Assembly: GCA_040954595.2 (NCBI GenBank)
Contig: CM082595.2
Coordinates: 8,848,317-8,912,316, forward strand
Source: Balanoglossus misakiensis
Taxonomy: Eukaryota > Animalia > Hemichordata
Length of the DNA stretch: 64,000 nt
Reading direction: 5' to 3'
Program-made: the position numbers and the translations under genes
Notes under the pieces: generated by a model
What the model saw: only the letters and a program-made list of their open reading frames with translations
Databases searched by the model: none
What the model was told of the DNA's origin: nothing
Shown: positions 1 to 12,280 of the stretch, one piece after another
Layout: each line of letters starts with the position of its first letter
Numbering within the stretch: position 1 is the stretch's first letter

Positions 1-299
1 TTGATCAAATTCACGGTGAGTTGTATTGAATCAGAGTTTATTCCCGCCAGGGACACTTTATCGACTATCAAAAATACCGTTTTGTTAGATGGGTCATACA
101 CAATCCCCAGATAAAATTTGAGCAAATTCGGCCTACGCAGAGCTAAGCTATTTTCGTCTGAAGTTGTCAAGAGCAGCGAAAATGCAAACTGAGAAAAACG
201 GCCATTTGCATTGTTGACACCTATTTGTTAAGCTGTGAACTCATTCAGAAAAGTGCTATTTTGGGGTGATTATGCACCATTTCCGCCAAGACGTATTAG
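1..299. mobile_element. Partial inverted copy of the Kolobok-like MITE seen at 4509-5229
   Basis: Bases 1-299 are the close reverse complement of ~4595-4890 (e.g. TTGATCAAATTCACGGTGAGTTGTATTGAATCAGAGTTTATTCCCGCCAGGG). Similarity stops at ~299. Confidence 0.85.
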
Positions 300-305
300 T
301 CAGGG

Positions 306-1038
306 TGTGGGCCTTTATAGGACACTACACTCAATTTTAATCGAAACCGTTATGAATGTCCGACAAGGGGCTTGTAACTAGCTAAAAATACACACGATTG
401 TGTGCACACCCCTTGTCCGAGTATGTTTATGGCAGCTACCGCCCGGCCATAGGCCGCCACGCTAATACGGCAAAGCAGCGGTCAGCGATAGCGTGTGCGT
501 CCTGTAACCACAGTAACTGGATCGAACGCTAAAAATCCAATGTTTTGTACACAGAGATTTTGTACCGTTCACGAAAATCCCTAAGGCTTTTTTCATAGGC
601 CACGCATGCCAGTCAAATTTGACCTGTTTGTTGAGAACGCACTTCCGCACAGTGTGACGGATCGTTTTTTCGATTTTCGTCGTGCTAAGAAGCGATACCG
701 GTGGAAGAGTGCGTCCAAAAACACCCAAAATCGATGACTTTTTCAGGTGTGGTACGGGTATGCTGAAATCGTAGGATACAACGATAATATTCGAAAACAA
801 AATCCATCACGATCTTCCCTGGTTCAAGCAACTAATGAATACGTATCAAGTTTGTTTTTGAGGTCACGGAATAAAAAGCCTTAGGCTTTTGAAATTTGAC
901 CTAGCTAATTTGCATATCAATGGCGTCAGGGGGCGCGCGCTCACAATCGTGCAGATTTTCAACTAGTTACCAGCCCCTTGTTGGACTCTGACAACGGCTT
1001 AGTCCAAATCGGGGTGTAATGTCCTGCAAAGGCCCATA
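306..1038. mobile_element. Putative non-autonomous TIR DNA transposon, possibly Harbinger-like
   Basis: Imperfect ~30-bp inverted repeats: TGGGCCTTTATAGGACACTACACTCAATTT (~308-337) versus reverse complement TGGGCCTTTGCAGGACATTACACCCCGATTT (~1006-1036). Interior is CpG-richer than the flanks. No clear TSD. Confidence 0.55.
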
Positions 1039-1089
1039 GCAACGGGCAAAAAGATCCGGGGGACCCATCTTAAAACTTTCATTTTTTAT

Positions 1090-1163
1090 CCAGTTGCAGC
1101 TTACGTGCCTTTAATAGAGAGGTGTCCTGATTAGAGAGGTGTCCGTAATGACAGCTTTCACTA
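1090..1163. mobile_element. Right end of a Tc1/mariner-type MITE
   Basis: AGAGAGGTGTCC repeats ending in GACAGCTTTCACTATA, a degenerate form of the ...ACAGGTTTTACTG|TA end seen at 17898. Confidence 0.5.
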
Positions 1164-1164
1164 T

Positions 1165-1440
1165 ATATTTTTGGGGTGTTTTTTGCCGTCAAACTCTTTC
1201 TCAGAACCCTCTACCTCCATTGCTTTGAAATTTGATTTGAAGGTTTCTGGGTGAGTTCTCATGATGATTTGCAAAACCTATGATGACAGTTTTAATGTTT
1301 TGTGGGACACTGTCTTATTTATTTTATTTTTTTTTGGGGGGGGAGGCATATTTTCCAATTTTGATACAAACATATCATAGGTAATTTGGAACTTCCATAT
1401 TTTGTACAATATTTTGTCTTATACCACAAACAATTTTATC
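1165..1440 (+). mobile_element. Core-repeat fragment of a Helentron-associated (HINE/DINE-like) element
   Basis: Similar to ~26110-26440 (TTCTCAGAACCCTCTAC-TCCATTGCTTT-AAATTTGATTT...), which belongs to an element with a 5' hairpin and microsatellite. Confidence 0.55.
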
Positions 1441-2057
1441 TCACGAAGAGCAATTGCCACTAAACCCCTACTGACATTTGTATCCACAGCAAATTCCTGC
1501 ATGCTTACATAACTGGCCAAATGTTAATGAGACCAGCTGTTTTATTTGGTGTATGTACAGTACGCACATCATTGGTAGCTTATGGGTCAGTCAGTGTTAA
1601 CCTGTTGATCTCTCGCTATGTGTGTGTACGTGTGTGTGTGTGTCTGTCTGTCTGTATATGGCCATGTACTCAGGTGTAGACTTTTTCTTGTGTAATCACT
1701 CAATGGGACCACCGTGTCCTTTACACGATTTTTACTTCTTTTTGTGCGTGTATGAGAATGTATCGTTATTTAAATTGACAAATCAGCCCATTATAGCTTG
1801 GTGTATTGCACTAGTCACTATGAAAAGTATTGCCTACCTATCTATCATGGCATAAATAGAGGTGAAATATATAATGGTATGATGCAGCCATCAAATCAGT
1901 TCTGATAGTGCCTGAAGTTATTGAATCAGTTTGAGTGATATGTCTGTTGTGTTCCTGTGCGCTCGGCCCATTTGTTCACATTTTTGCTTTCTCTGTTTTT
2001 GATATGTTTCACACTCACACTGACACTCACAGTCATCTTATATTTGTTTTTCTTCAA

Positions 2058-2201
2058 AATCTTAGAGGTGCCTCTCAGGACCCTACAGCAAGAGTCACAA
2101 GATCAGTGGCTTGCAGTGTGATTGCATCTCCAACTGGCAAATTACAGGCTGATAATTGGCTCACAAAGCTGGTCATGCGGCTTATCCCACAACAATTACT
2201 G
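2058..2201 (+). pseudogene. MED25: MED25 ACID-domain exon, part 1
   Basis: NLRGASQDPTARVTRSVACSVIASPTGKLQADNWLTKLVMRLIPQQLL aligns without gaps to recalled human [48 protein letters not shown]. Donor GTATGT at 2202. The acceptor position reads TTTTTCTTCAA instead of ...CAG. Confidence 0.88.
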
Positions 2202-2849
2202 GTATGTACACTGTTGATTTTTGTGTGGATAACATTGTTTTTGAAAGTGAGAGACAGTATGTATCACTATTTGTTTTCATGCATGAAGGCAGTATTGCCA
2301 AATTCCATGTGTGAGGGCACTATCACTCGATGTTGTGCCACAGAACAATGTTGCCAAATTTTAGAAGACTGGGTCACTGAATGTTAGAAATTCAAAGCAA
2401 TATTATCCACTTGGCAAAATCAAATCAAACAGAATATATTAGTAACACAATTGAATAGAATTTGCCCAATACGACAATCTATTTCTCTCCTTTAATGGGG
2501 GTCACATAGGGACCATTAAGACGATTCTGAAACGTCTCAGATCAAGTACTGGCGTAAATTATTATGTGTAAATGGTTTAACTTGGTCCTGAAACATCTCA
2601 GATTTGAGACGGCTTTGCCAGCCAGACCTGAGCTGGTGGAAAGATTAACACCTCTCCGCAACCCATCTATGGGGCTGAGCCTCAGTGCCTATACATAAAC
2701 TTTGTGTGTGTGGACACAAGGCGACTCAAATGATTAATGCTCTGTGTTTACCATAGGCAAATAGTGCCTCAAGTTTTACCCTGTGTGAACCTGGTATACC
2801 ATACATGTAGCTGTATTCTATGAGTTATGTAGGTGTCAATGTTTCCCCT

Positions 2850-2957
2850 ACAGCAATCACTGCCATGTTTTGCAACTCACGCACTGTGGAGTTCCAGTTT
2901 ATGAATAACAACCAGGAAGCATACAGATCTCTCTTCAGAATAATGTCTGGAGGATTT
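2850..2957 (+). pseudogene. MED25: MED25 ACID-domain exon, part 2
   Basis: TAITAMFCNSRTVEFQFMNNNQEAYRSLFRIMSGGF (36 aa) matches recalled human [36 protein letters not shown] (36 aa). Donor GTAAGT at 2958. The nearest AG (2852-2853) is 4 nt inside the exon and out of phase. Confidence 0.88.
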
Positions 2958-3233
2958 GTAAGTATTATCTTATAATTGCACTGTAAAATTGAAGGATCGT
3001 GTCAATTGTACTGCCATGCATCTTCAACTGACACTTTACATATTAAAGGCCATTTTCTCAATCCCAGGGCAGGACAATGAAGGCAAATAAGAAATCCTTT
3101 GTGTTAGCACGCAACTGTTTATTGGAAAGAAAGGTTTTGACTCACTGTTGAGTAGGGTCTTTAAAGGGTCACTGTCTGCAATTTCTATTTTTTTTTAGAA
3201 TTTTGTTCTGTATATCAACTGCACTTTCAAGTA

Positions 3234-3321
3234 CAGTCAAACCCGTCTAACACCAAAGGGACTGAAGAAATTGTTTGGATTGCAGGTGTCAAATTTAAAG
3301 AGGTTCTTTCAACATGTGGTT
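3234..3321. mobile_element. Truncated Tc1/mariner MITE, cut at the large element's left TIR
   Basis: TA|CAGTCAAACCCGTCTAACACCAAAGGGACTGAAG... nearly identical to the first ~88 bp of the intact MITE at 17729-17898. Confidence 0.8.
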
Positions 3322-3347
3322 GTAGATACTCACCAACACATGTGTGT
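3321..3347 (+). repeat. Left terminal inverted repeat
   Basis: TGTAGATACTCACCAACACATGTGTGT. Confidence 0.8.
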
Positions 3348-3925
3348 AATTAGTGAGTGGTTGCATGACATCAATGCATGACAAAAGGTCATCACTGTGT
3401 AAGACTCAGAAATAGAATTTGAATACAAATCCTATTAAACAAAAAAACTCTAAAATTTACATGTTATTTTAACACCTGTTTACTCCTATAAAAGTGATTG
3501 CATGTGTTTGTGAGTTCTCTTCAATCTCGAAGCCATTGTTTAGGCCTTAGTTGGTGCATGCAGCTCCTAGACTTAGAAATAAAGTTTGGTTCAACTCAAA
3601 AGCCTCAAGTCCAGTTGACCATCTCACACTTCTGGCACTGGTGGGATTCAAACCAACTCCATCAAAATGACTGCAGGTGCCTAAAACCGCTTGACTGTAG
3701 GACATAAATGCTTGACAGTGATATAACTATGTTATAATGTTACATCGACAATATATAAGTTTGGGGATATTTTGTCTCAAATGATCAAATTGAGACAAAT
3801 TATCCCCATCTTGTTATAAATCTGAGCCCAGGTGTCTTTGGTGTGAGATTTCAGTAGTCAAGAGTAGGCTTATCTTGAATAATGTAATGCTTGTAAATTA
3901 TTTCTAATTTCTTCTTACCCTCCAG

Positions 3926-4048
3926 ATATGAACGAATGTCACAGTGGTGGAAATGCATGTCAACACTATTGTCAGAATACCCATGGTAGTTATCTCTGCA
4001 CTTGCAGACCAGGATTCTATCTGCTGGATGATGGCCATGCATGTGGCG
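3926..4048 (+). CDS. Calcium-binding EGF-like exon, intact, phase 1-1
   Basis: Acceptor TTCTTACCCTCCAG and donor GTATGT. Encodes DMNECHSGGNACQHYCQNTHGSYLCTCRPGFYLLDDGHACG: six Cys, D-x-N-E-C and C-x-N-x-x-G-S-Y-x-C motifs. 123 bp. Confidence 0.85.
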
Positions 4049-4508
4049 GTATGTAACTGTGGTCTCTGTTAGTCTCTTCTGTGGCTACATTGTTTGGGGA
4101 TTGTATATTACTATGGTTACAATCAGCTAAACACACATCTTGTCTGTCCATTGCACACATTTTAAAATTTGAAATCAACAGCACACTCGTACTGACAGGG
4201 TACACAAGTTTCAGGGGATTTTGTTAAAATGAGAATGATAGAGAGTGTTAAAATTCCTAGAAAAGGATCGCCATGGATATTGAGGACTTTGGTGTAAATG
4301 ATCAAGAAATATGTGGTTAAGAATATGTGTCATCAACCTCACACGATACTATAAGACTGTCTGATATATTCATTGGCAAGTATTTTCACTACTTATATGC
4401 ATAACTCAATCAAATTAACATAACTTATCAACCTATAGCTAAATAAATTACCTCTGCAAAGAATAAATATACACTTAGAAAATTCATATAGTTTTCATCT
4501 CATGTTAA

Positions 4509-5229
4509 GGTGGCATTGCATGAAAAGTTGTGATTGTTGCTAAATTTTACTTTTTTACATAAATCGGTAGGTCTAATACTGATCAACATCCTGTCTAATA
4601 CGTCTTGGCGGAAATGGTGCATAACCACCCCAAATAGCACTTTTCTGAATGAGTTCACAGCTTAACAAATAGGTGTCAACAATGCAAATGGCCGTTTTTC
4701 TCAGTTTGCATTTTTGCTGCTCTTGACAACTTCAGAAGAATTTAGCTTCGCTCTGCGTTGGCCGAATTTGCTCAAATTTTAATAGGGTATTGTGTATGAC
4801 CCATCCATCAAAACATATTTTTTTAGTCGATAAAGTTTCCCTGGCGGGAATAAACTCTGATTCAATACAACTCACTGTGAATTTGATCAAATTTTCTAAA
4901 AATCTAACTCTCAAACACTGTTACTCCTCAATAAAAGCAGATAACGTAAAACAAAATTACCGTGTTTTTTTTTTTGCACGTGTACTCTAGTTTCGAGTGA
5001 CATATTAAGTCAGCTTTTTTACCTAAATTGAATGTAATGACATAATATCAAGAAATGTTTTTTTTAACCCAAAAACGCCTCGATTTCCGGGGATCAATAA
5101 AATATGCAACTCAAACAAAAGCTCAAAAACTCAGCTTCCAGAATATATATGGTTTATGGGGGTTTTAACGTTGTCTTTGATGAGAAATAGGCCTCTGAAA
5201 AAGTCTCGACGGTTTCATGCAATGCCACC
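4509..5229. mobile_element. Kolobok-like non-autonomous element (721 bp)
   Basis: TIRs GGTGGCATTGCATGAAA / TTTCATGCAATGCCACC flanked by TTAA at 4505-4508 and 5230-5233. RR..YY termini with TTAA TSD fit Kolobok. Confidence 0.82.
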
Positions 5230-5515
5230 TTAAAGACATTACAAAATGCTTCTCTGAGGGTAGAGTAATTTTTTTACGGGTATATTCTTGATCACTAATC
5301 ACCATGAATGATCATTTCAAAACTTAACAAGGCATATGGCTAAAGAGGATTCAGTGTTTGTGCACCTTCTATCTGCAATGCTGGATCTATTAACAGTTTT
5401 CAAAGGGGTTTAAAGACTCGTCTTTTTATTCAGCACTATTTCATTCCATTGTTTTTTTGGTTTATAGGGATTGTCTTTCAGAACTGTTTCTGTTTGTTTT
5501 GGGTTTTTAAGTGTA

Positions 5516-7445
5516 TTTTTTTCTTTTTTTTTCTTTAAAGTAATGTTTATTCAACTCAAATTAACGTACATTTTTACATCCCACTCAATTAACATACATT
5601 TTTACACATGCGTCTGATAAAGGCAAGATCCAACTTTACAATTTTTCTGTTCATTATCAATATTTCAAATACATATAGTTATGGTGAACTCTATAATAAT
5701 TTTACATCTCAAAGAAGACTTAGACACTCATGAATTTTTCCATCCTTTTTTATCTGTTGAGAGTACGTTAACTCTTCTATTATTAATCGGCGTATGTGAT
5801 TTTCGTTAATAATTCTTGCTTTGTATACACAAAAAGTTGCCACCATTATGATCATATTTAGTGATTCAAGCTTGTCACATTCCATCATGTACCCAAATAC
5901 AATATGCTTCCAAATTAGCTTTATGTTAATATTGTACACAGTATTAATAAGAACGTTCAGTCTTTTCCAAAATGTTTCACAACAGAGCAATCAAAAAGAA
6001 AATGCATGCAGTCATCCGTACATTTACATATTTCACAATTTGGATTGTCTGCTTTCTTCCATTTCCACAGATTTAAACCGTGTGGGATTTTGTTGTAAAG
6101 TAAAAAATAATTAAATTGGGCAATTTTTTTAACACCCATGTCTTTTATTTTAATTTTCATGATTAACGCCCAGTTTATGGGTTCTGTATCACAACTATTT
6201 GCCCAAAATGTCGGCGCATATGACTTCAACGCCTTTCTGTTCACAATGTTCCAATAAAAATCTTTGCATAAAAAATCATGTATATTTTTGTATTTCCCTG
6301 TGTGATCTTTTTTCATTATTGTCTTTATATCTCGATTTACACACAGAAAGTTCTTAGCAGACATCATTCTTCTCTTCCATTCGTTTGGTATGGCTTTTTT
6401 CAGTATTAGATACTGTGTTATCCAATTTCTTTTGTTTTTCAATTTTTCTAATAAATAGCCCCGTTTCATGAAAACACCTTTTTGAAACAAATCTGAAACA
6501 TACATTATGTTGCAGTCAATCCATTCAGTAAAAAACAAGACTCTATTATTACATGTTATATGTTGATTTCCCCAAATTACTTCCTCTCCAATATTGTTCG
6601 GAGACATTTTAACCTTGTTGTTATTCATGACAATATCGTACCAGCTAAATAGAACATTTCTGTAAAAGTTTGGAATGTTTCTCGTAATGAAAGTTAAACC
6701 TCTTTTGTCAAAATTATAAGAGAAGATATTTTTGATCCCTCCGAAATCTTTGAAATAAAAATCAATCACTGCTTTCCACGTATCACAATTAGCTTTCATG
6801 AGCCGTTCCACCCATCTGCATTTCAGTGCCTTCACCATTGACCTGATATCAATCATTTGTACCCCTCCCTTTTCATATTTATTTATAATGATTCCCTCTT
6901 AATCTTCCCTTTTTTCCCACTCCATAAAAAATCATAGAACAAACTACTTAATCTATTTATCACGGCATCAGGAATGTCAATCATCGATGCCAAATATGTT
7001 ATTTTCGACATGGCTAAACATTTAATAATTGTGATTTTTCCAAAAATTGACAAATATCTTTTCTTCCATGAATCTAAGAGTATTTCAATTCTGTCAATCT
7101 TAGTATCCCAATTTAACTTCCTTACTTCCTCTTCAAAACGTGCATATCCAAAATAAACACCCAATACTTTAATTGGTTTATCAGGCCATGAAATCAAGCC
7201 AAGGTTGTTCTTAGCTTTCCAGCCTCCTAGTTTTAAGCCTTCCGTCTTGTCTCTATTTAGTTTCAAACCAGAATACTTCCCATACTCATCAATCAAGTTA
7301 AGTAAACGCATGAGATATTTTTCTTTGCTTATGTATACCTGCATATCATCAGCTAATTGTGTGATCTTAACTTTATAATTATTAACTTTGAAACCCTCTA
7401 TTTCGTTATCATTTCTAATTACAGTTGCAAGAATTTCTGCTACTA
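5516..7445 (-). mobile_element. 5'-truncated L1/Tx1-clade non-LTR retrotransposon (ORF2 3' part, frameshifted)
   Basis: Minus-strand RT motifs ITQLADDMQV, SGLKLNRDKTE, IKVLGVYF and WKKRYLSIFGKITIIK, plus C-terminal knuckle CEICKCTDDCMHFLFDC. AATAAA and A-rich tail at ~5516-5552. 8-bp TSD TAAGTGTA at 5508-5515 and 7446-7453. Confidence 0.92.
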
Positions 7446-7591
7446 TAAGTGTAATTTTGTATCCTTTAAGCTTTCACTTGTTTTCTAATTTTATTATTTT
7501 CTGTAGAAAATGCACTGAAATGTATGTGTATTACATTTGTTAGGAAATAAATAATAATAAATTTATTAATAATAACTATCTTTGATTTCAG

Positions 7592-7708
7592 ATGTCAATG
7601 AATATATGGAGAGAGCAGATCTTTGTGAAGTCCAGTGTGTGAATACAGCAGGCTCTTTTTATTGCACTTGTGCTGTGGAATATTGATTGGTCAATGGAGA
7701 GTGTACAG
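7592..7708 (+). pseudogene. Second calcium-binding EGF-like exon, degenerate, phase 1-1
   Basis: Acceptor TTTGATTTCAG and donor GTAAGA. Encodes DVNEYMERADLCEVQCVNTAGSFYCTCAVEY*LVNGECT: first Cys changed to Tyr, in-frame TGA at 7684. Confidence 0.85.
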
Positions 7709-7734
7709 GTAAGATCAACACAATATAGAAATAA

Positions 7735-7860
7735 TGCACGACGCCCTGACCATTAACGTTTATTTATGGGCAAGGGCGAGGGGAAAGCCAAAAATTCATG
7801 GGCAAGGCTTCTGAGCCCATGAAATTTGGCTGTCCTCGAGCCCGAGCCCTGCATTTATTT
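7735..7860. repeat. Palindrome-rich interspersed repeat fragment
   Basis: GCCAAAAATTCATGGGC...GCCCATGAAATTTGGC and GGGCGAGGG...CCTCGAGCCC inverted segments. Family not identified. Confidence 0.4.
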
Positions 7861-10031
7861 CCATTACATTACCAACAATCTCAATAAAACCTTCAATATT
7901 TATGAAAATGTCCCACACACAAGACTAGGGGCAAAATATTGTGTTCATTGAACTGTTTGCTAATATTACTATTCAGATTTACGGGCATGTAAACAAACCA
8001 TTACTGGGTATTTGTGGTCAGTGATGTCGTTCATCTTGACCAATTAAAATGCGACGCACAGACCATAGTAATATCATATGTGGGCAAGGAAAGGTCCTGT
8101 ATCTGTAACTTTTGAATTTTTATTCAGTATTATTCTGGTTATCACCCATCATTTCTTGTTCAGCTCGGTGAAGCAGGGTAAGCAATGTTGTTATTGTTTA
8201 CAAATTGTATCCAAGCCTGTGTCTGGACTTGGATGCAATTTGTCAATAATAACAGTGATTGGTAACTGCATGTTTTCATAACTGGCTATCTGTTAAAGAG
8301 ACCATTTGCTGTGTGTACAGTACACATGCCATTGGCAGCTTATGGGTCAGCCAGTGTTTGCCTGTTAATCTCTCGATGTGTGTGTGTGTTATTCTGTCTG
8401 TACAGTCAGATCGCACGGTACTCATTAACATATGTTCATGAGGGAAAGTACTTCAAACCATGTAGCCGTTAGAGTGGGCCCCGCTGAAGGGTCGCGAAAT
8501 AGGCCATTTTTTACGCGACATTATAGAGCTGATTTCAGGCGAGGAGGACTGTGTACAAAATTGAGTATAGACAACTCAGGTTTTAAAGGATTTTCATCAT
8601 TTCCACTGTGTCAACGTCACTACATCCTTGCTATGAGACAAAGCCATCCCTTGTGTACTTCGTGCTTATCACGGGCAAACAATTTGTTTAAAATCCCTGA
8701 TTTTGATATGGTGCAAACATTTCACTAACAGACTAACACACTTTTTGCCCTTACTCAAGACAGCCTGATTTGTTTGAAATGTTATCAAACATTTGTTGCT
8801 TTTAGCGGAAAAAGCCAGGTGTAGTATTCAACAAGGCCTAATTATGTCGAGTGATATAGCACTTGCTGAAGAAATTAAAAAATATGTCACAATGCTACAA
8901 AAAGGCTGCAGCTGTGACACCGACTTGGTGAATTTTGCATGCTGGAAAACTGTTGTCTTTTTAGGAGAAGTGCTCCTCAGAAAACATGCCATTCTATTGT
9001 TTGACGTTGGGCAATATTTTAATGATTGTTTAGACAATGAATATCAGACTTTGCGACCCATTGTCAAGTTACAATGAGTGGAATTCCACAGAAAACCTAA
9101 TAGCTGGCTTATTCGGGAATTTCTATGAGTGTATTATCCAATTCACCTTTCTGTTGTATCAAAAGTGAGTAGAAAGTTCTCCACCTTTTTGTACCAAACA
9201 GGTTCAGATCTCACTATTGCCCTCCAAAATGCACTTGTCGAACATCCTCAGTATGTTGTGCAAGCTGAGAAACAGATAGAGAGGCTTGAAAAGCAAGTAA
9301 GAGACTTGAGTAAAGTTGACGTTGACTTTTTCAAAAGCTTGATTTGGTGGCTGTGAAATCAAATGCCAGCATTTATCAGCAATCTCAAGAATTCAGTAAT
9401 TACTGCAAAACAAACATTGTTGATCTGAGTACACTTGATGTTGAATATATTGTCAGTGAGATTGACCCTGTGTTATGGAACACTGTTGTATATTTAACGT
9501 TGAACAACAGTGAACGCAGTAAATTAAAAAGCTCCAACTTTGAATGGAATAAACACTACTATGGATTTTATGACCAGCACTCTATGGAGAGTAGAGCACG
9601 ATTCCTCAGGCGTTTGTTTTGTGTGTATGCTATTGTTCATTTGTTCTGATCATTGTACTTACCCATTGCATACTTACCTGGCTGACATTGTTGAAGGTTA
9701 TATGAGGTCATCTACTCTAGTGAAAATTCTAAATTGATTTGGTATTATTTGTTCTGGAGATACATTGCATAGATACATGTTGGGAGTTATCAACAAAAGA
9801 ACATCAGCTGATTTCACAGAGGAAAATATTGCAAATAATGCATTTTGTTTAACTTCCATTGACAATATTGATAAATCAGCTAAATATGCAGCTGTTACAG
9901 CTGATCCAAAGGACAGAGGTTTCCACGGTACCTCTTATCAAATGGTCCAACCAAAACCATAGTCAATTCTGAACAGTATTGATGATATTGTTTTTGGCAG
10001 TCATGACAAACATTCAACTGTCAAAGATTTT

Positions 10032-10508
10032 AAGCTAATCAACATTTATTGTGATGGAAGGTGCTTTTTCAGGAGCATCTCTGTGAGAAATGATTTTGCA
10101 TTTCGAAATTGCGATCGTCTACTTAATGGACTCCCTTTTGACCCAATTTTAGCTGACCGAGAGAAAATATTTGCAGACAAGTTAAGAGCAGATACATTAG
10201 ACATAATACGTGGCAATCATATATACTTTGAAGGACTGGATGATGCACAACTTGATGCCCTGTTAGACGGCACTCGTTATATGGACATTTTGCACAGAAC
10301 ACAATGTATGGAAAAGGCAGATGAATATGCTGGTATGCCAGAAATGTTATATGTAGTGTATGTTGCAAAATGTCCATTACATATATACACCAAGCAGAAT
10401 GATATATTTGCAAGAGGTGATGGTTATGTGTTCTCCAAGACTGAGCCTGTCTGTCTCTTGTACACACCAGACAGGCCAGGTCAACCAGGCCATTATGATT
10501 TGCTTCTT
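10032..10508 (+). other. OTU-family cysteine protease (deubiquitinase-like) domain inside the transposase
   Basis: Open frame with IYCDGRCFFRSIS (D 10053, C 10062), EYAGMPEM and LLYT..GHYDLL (H 10491). Same frame as the upstream DNID/HGT segment, separated by one TAG at 9960. Confidence 0.8.
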
Positions 10509-11590
10509 AACAGGCTGTTAATTAAAAGTAAAGATAGTCTGGTGAATGAAAATGCACAGAATTCATTTGAATGGTGGCATGAATTAAACAGTGGCTTTTG
10601 TTCACAAAATACAGTAGACTCTGAAATGAATGAAATTGTTGGCAATTTTCCTTGTGGAAATAATACTAAAATCATGGTTGACAGAGGTTTGAGTGCACCT
10701 GTGAGAAAAGCCTGTACATTTACGGAGAAAAAATCCAATGATACTGTTCATGATGATGTAGTATTTAAACCACCTCTACTGAGACAACATCAACCACGGT
10801 CATCAATTTCGCCTTCAGATTTAGACATTAAACAAGAAGAAGCCATTGCTTGGTCAGAACTGTTTTCTGACAATTCATTTTTGCTCTACAGAAAAATGCA
10901 ATGCACAGAGCTGATATAGAAACAGTATTTGGGGATTTTAAATCAACATTAGCAACAACTGCTAACAGTAATGACAGTGAATGCTCAAATGTCATTTATT
11001 TGGGCATATCAAGTGAACACGCAGACACCATTGAAACTGTCCATAACATTATCAATAAGCTGTATATGTTACATTCAGAGTTGGTGTAAGAATAAAATAC
11101 CTGGTTGTGGTTGGTGATGGGAAAACTTTCCATCACCTGATAAAGTTAAAAGACATGTATGGTGCAAATTTAGACTGGTTGCAGCCTTTTATCAGAGACT
11201 GGCACACTCTAAAAAATTACCAACCAGTCATCATGAAAATATTCTGGGATGTTGGCTTAAAACATCTGGCAGGGTTCAATCATAAAGGGGGAACTTTGGA
11301 AACCCTACTACAGTGTACAAATTTCAAGCTAACTCATCGCTTCCTAAGACAAATTTGGGAAAGTATGTTTAGATGTCTTGTCAATTCCTTTTTGAATATG
11401 AGGGGTGAAACCCATAATACCCAGCACTGTCCCTTAAATACAGAAACAGTCCAAAAATGTTTACTAGAAGCTGTCACAAAATCTTTGGAATGTACTGAAG
11501 ATAAAGCTGATCATATTGACAAAATTAATGGTGACCTTAAGGCTCAACTTACTCGCTTGCAAGATGAATTTCAGATTTTTTGTGACAGAA

Positions 11591-12280
11591 CACAGTACGA
11601 TATTTTACCCACAATTCTCCATGATTTGTATCATCAAAGGTTGCCCATTTAATAACCTTTTCTGGTTTAGATACTAACAATGATATGAAGTACATATAAA
11701 TATATTCATTTTTATCTAGGAAAAGTACATTGAGGAATTAGAGTGAAAATTCCAAAATCAAAATTTAAAAGCCATAAGAATCAAAGTATTCATGTACTGC
11801 AAATGCCAAGCAATGATTGACTGAGGTGGCCAGTCTCTGTTGAAAGTTATCAATCAATCAATCAATCAGAAAAATTTGTATAGCGCCAGTATCTATAACA
11901 CGTGTCATACTCAAATGCGCTTGTTAGGGCAAAGTTAACTTGTAAATTTCCATTCTTCTGTCAAAAGAAAATATCAATATCTTTTTGTTTGATTAAACAG
12001 GTGTTTCAAGTGTCCCTGTTGTACTCCAAACTTTTTTGTATGGCTGGCTATGCAATTACTTGATTATTTTATAAAATTCGTATCTCCTCTCTCAATAATA
12101 CATAATTTTCTAAATCATTTGAAATGGTAATTGACAATAAGATTCAACTTAAAAGTAAGATCTCAACATTTCTATTAGTGGTCTACAATTCTCTCTACAC
12201 ATGTGAACTTTGCCTGGTTTGACTGAGTAATCTCTGATTGTACAAATCAGAATGAATTATGGGAGTTTTCACGTACTGTG
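11591..12280. mobile_element. Non-autonomous Transib/RAG-like element (690 bp) inserted in the transposase
   Basis: Termini CACAGTACG...CGTACTGTG, imperfect TIR to ~27 bp, 5-bp TSD CAGAA at 11586-11590 and 12281-12285. Excision restores the frame: FCDRRANTDKTFKFWVRF. Confidence 0.85.
11850..11930 (-). mobile_element. Very short retroelement 3' tail (L2/CR1- or SINE-type) nested in the Transib-like element
   Basis: (TCAA)n tail followed by TTTGTATAGCGCC, flanked by the 7-bp direct repeat AAAGTTA (11843-11849, 11931-11937). Confidence 0.6.

Noticed and set aside
462-800. 112-aa minus-strand ORF
   Set aside because: Lies inside a non-autonomous TIR element and has no recognisable motifs.
1935-2387. 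150-aa ORF as a complete gene
   Set aside because: Only 2058-2201 is MED25-like; the rest is intron read-through.
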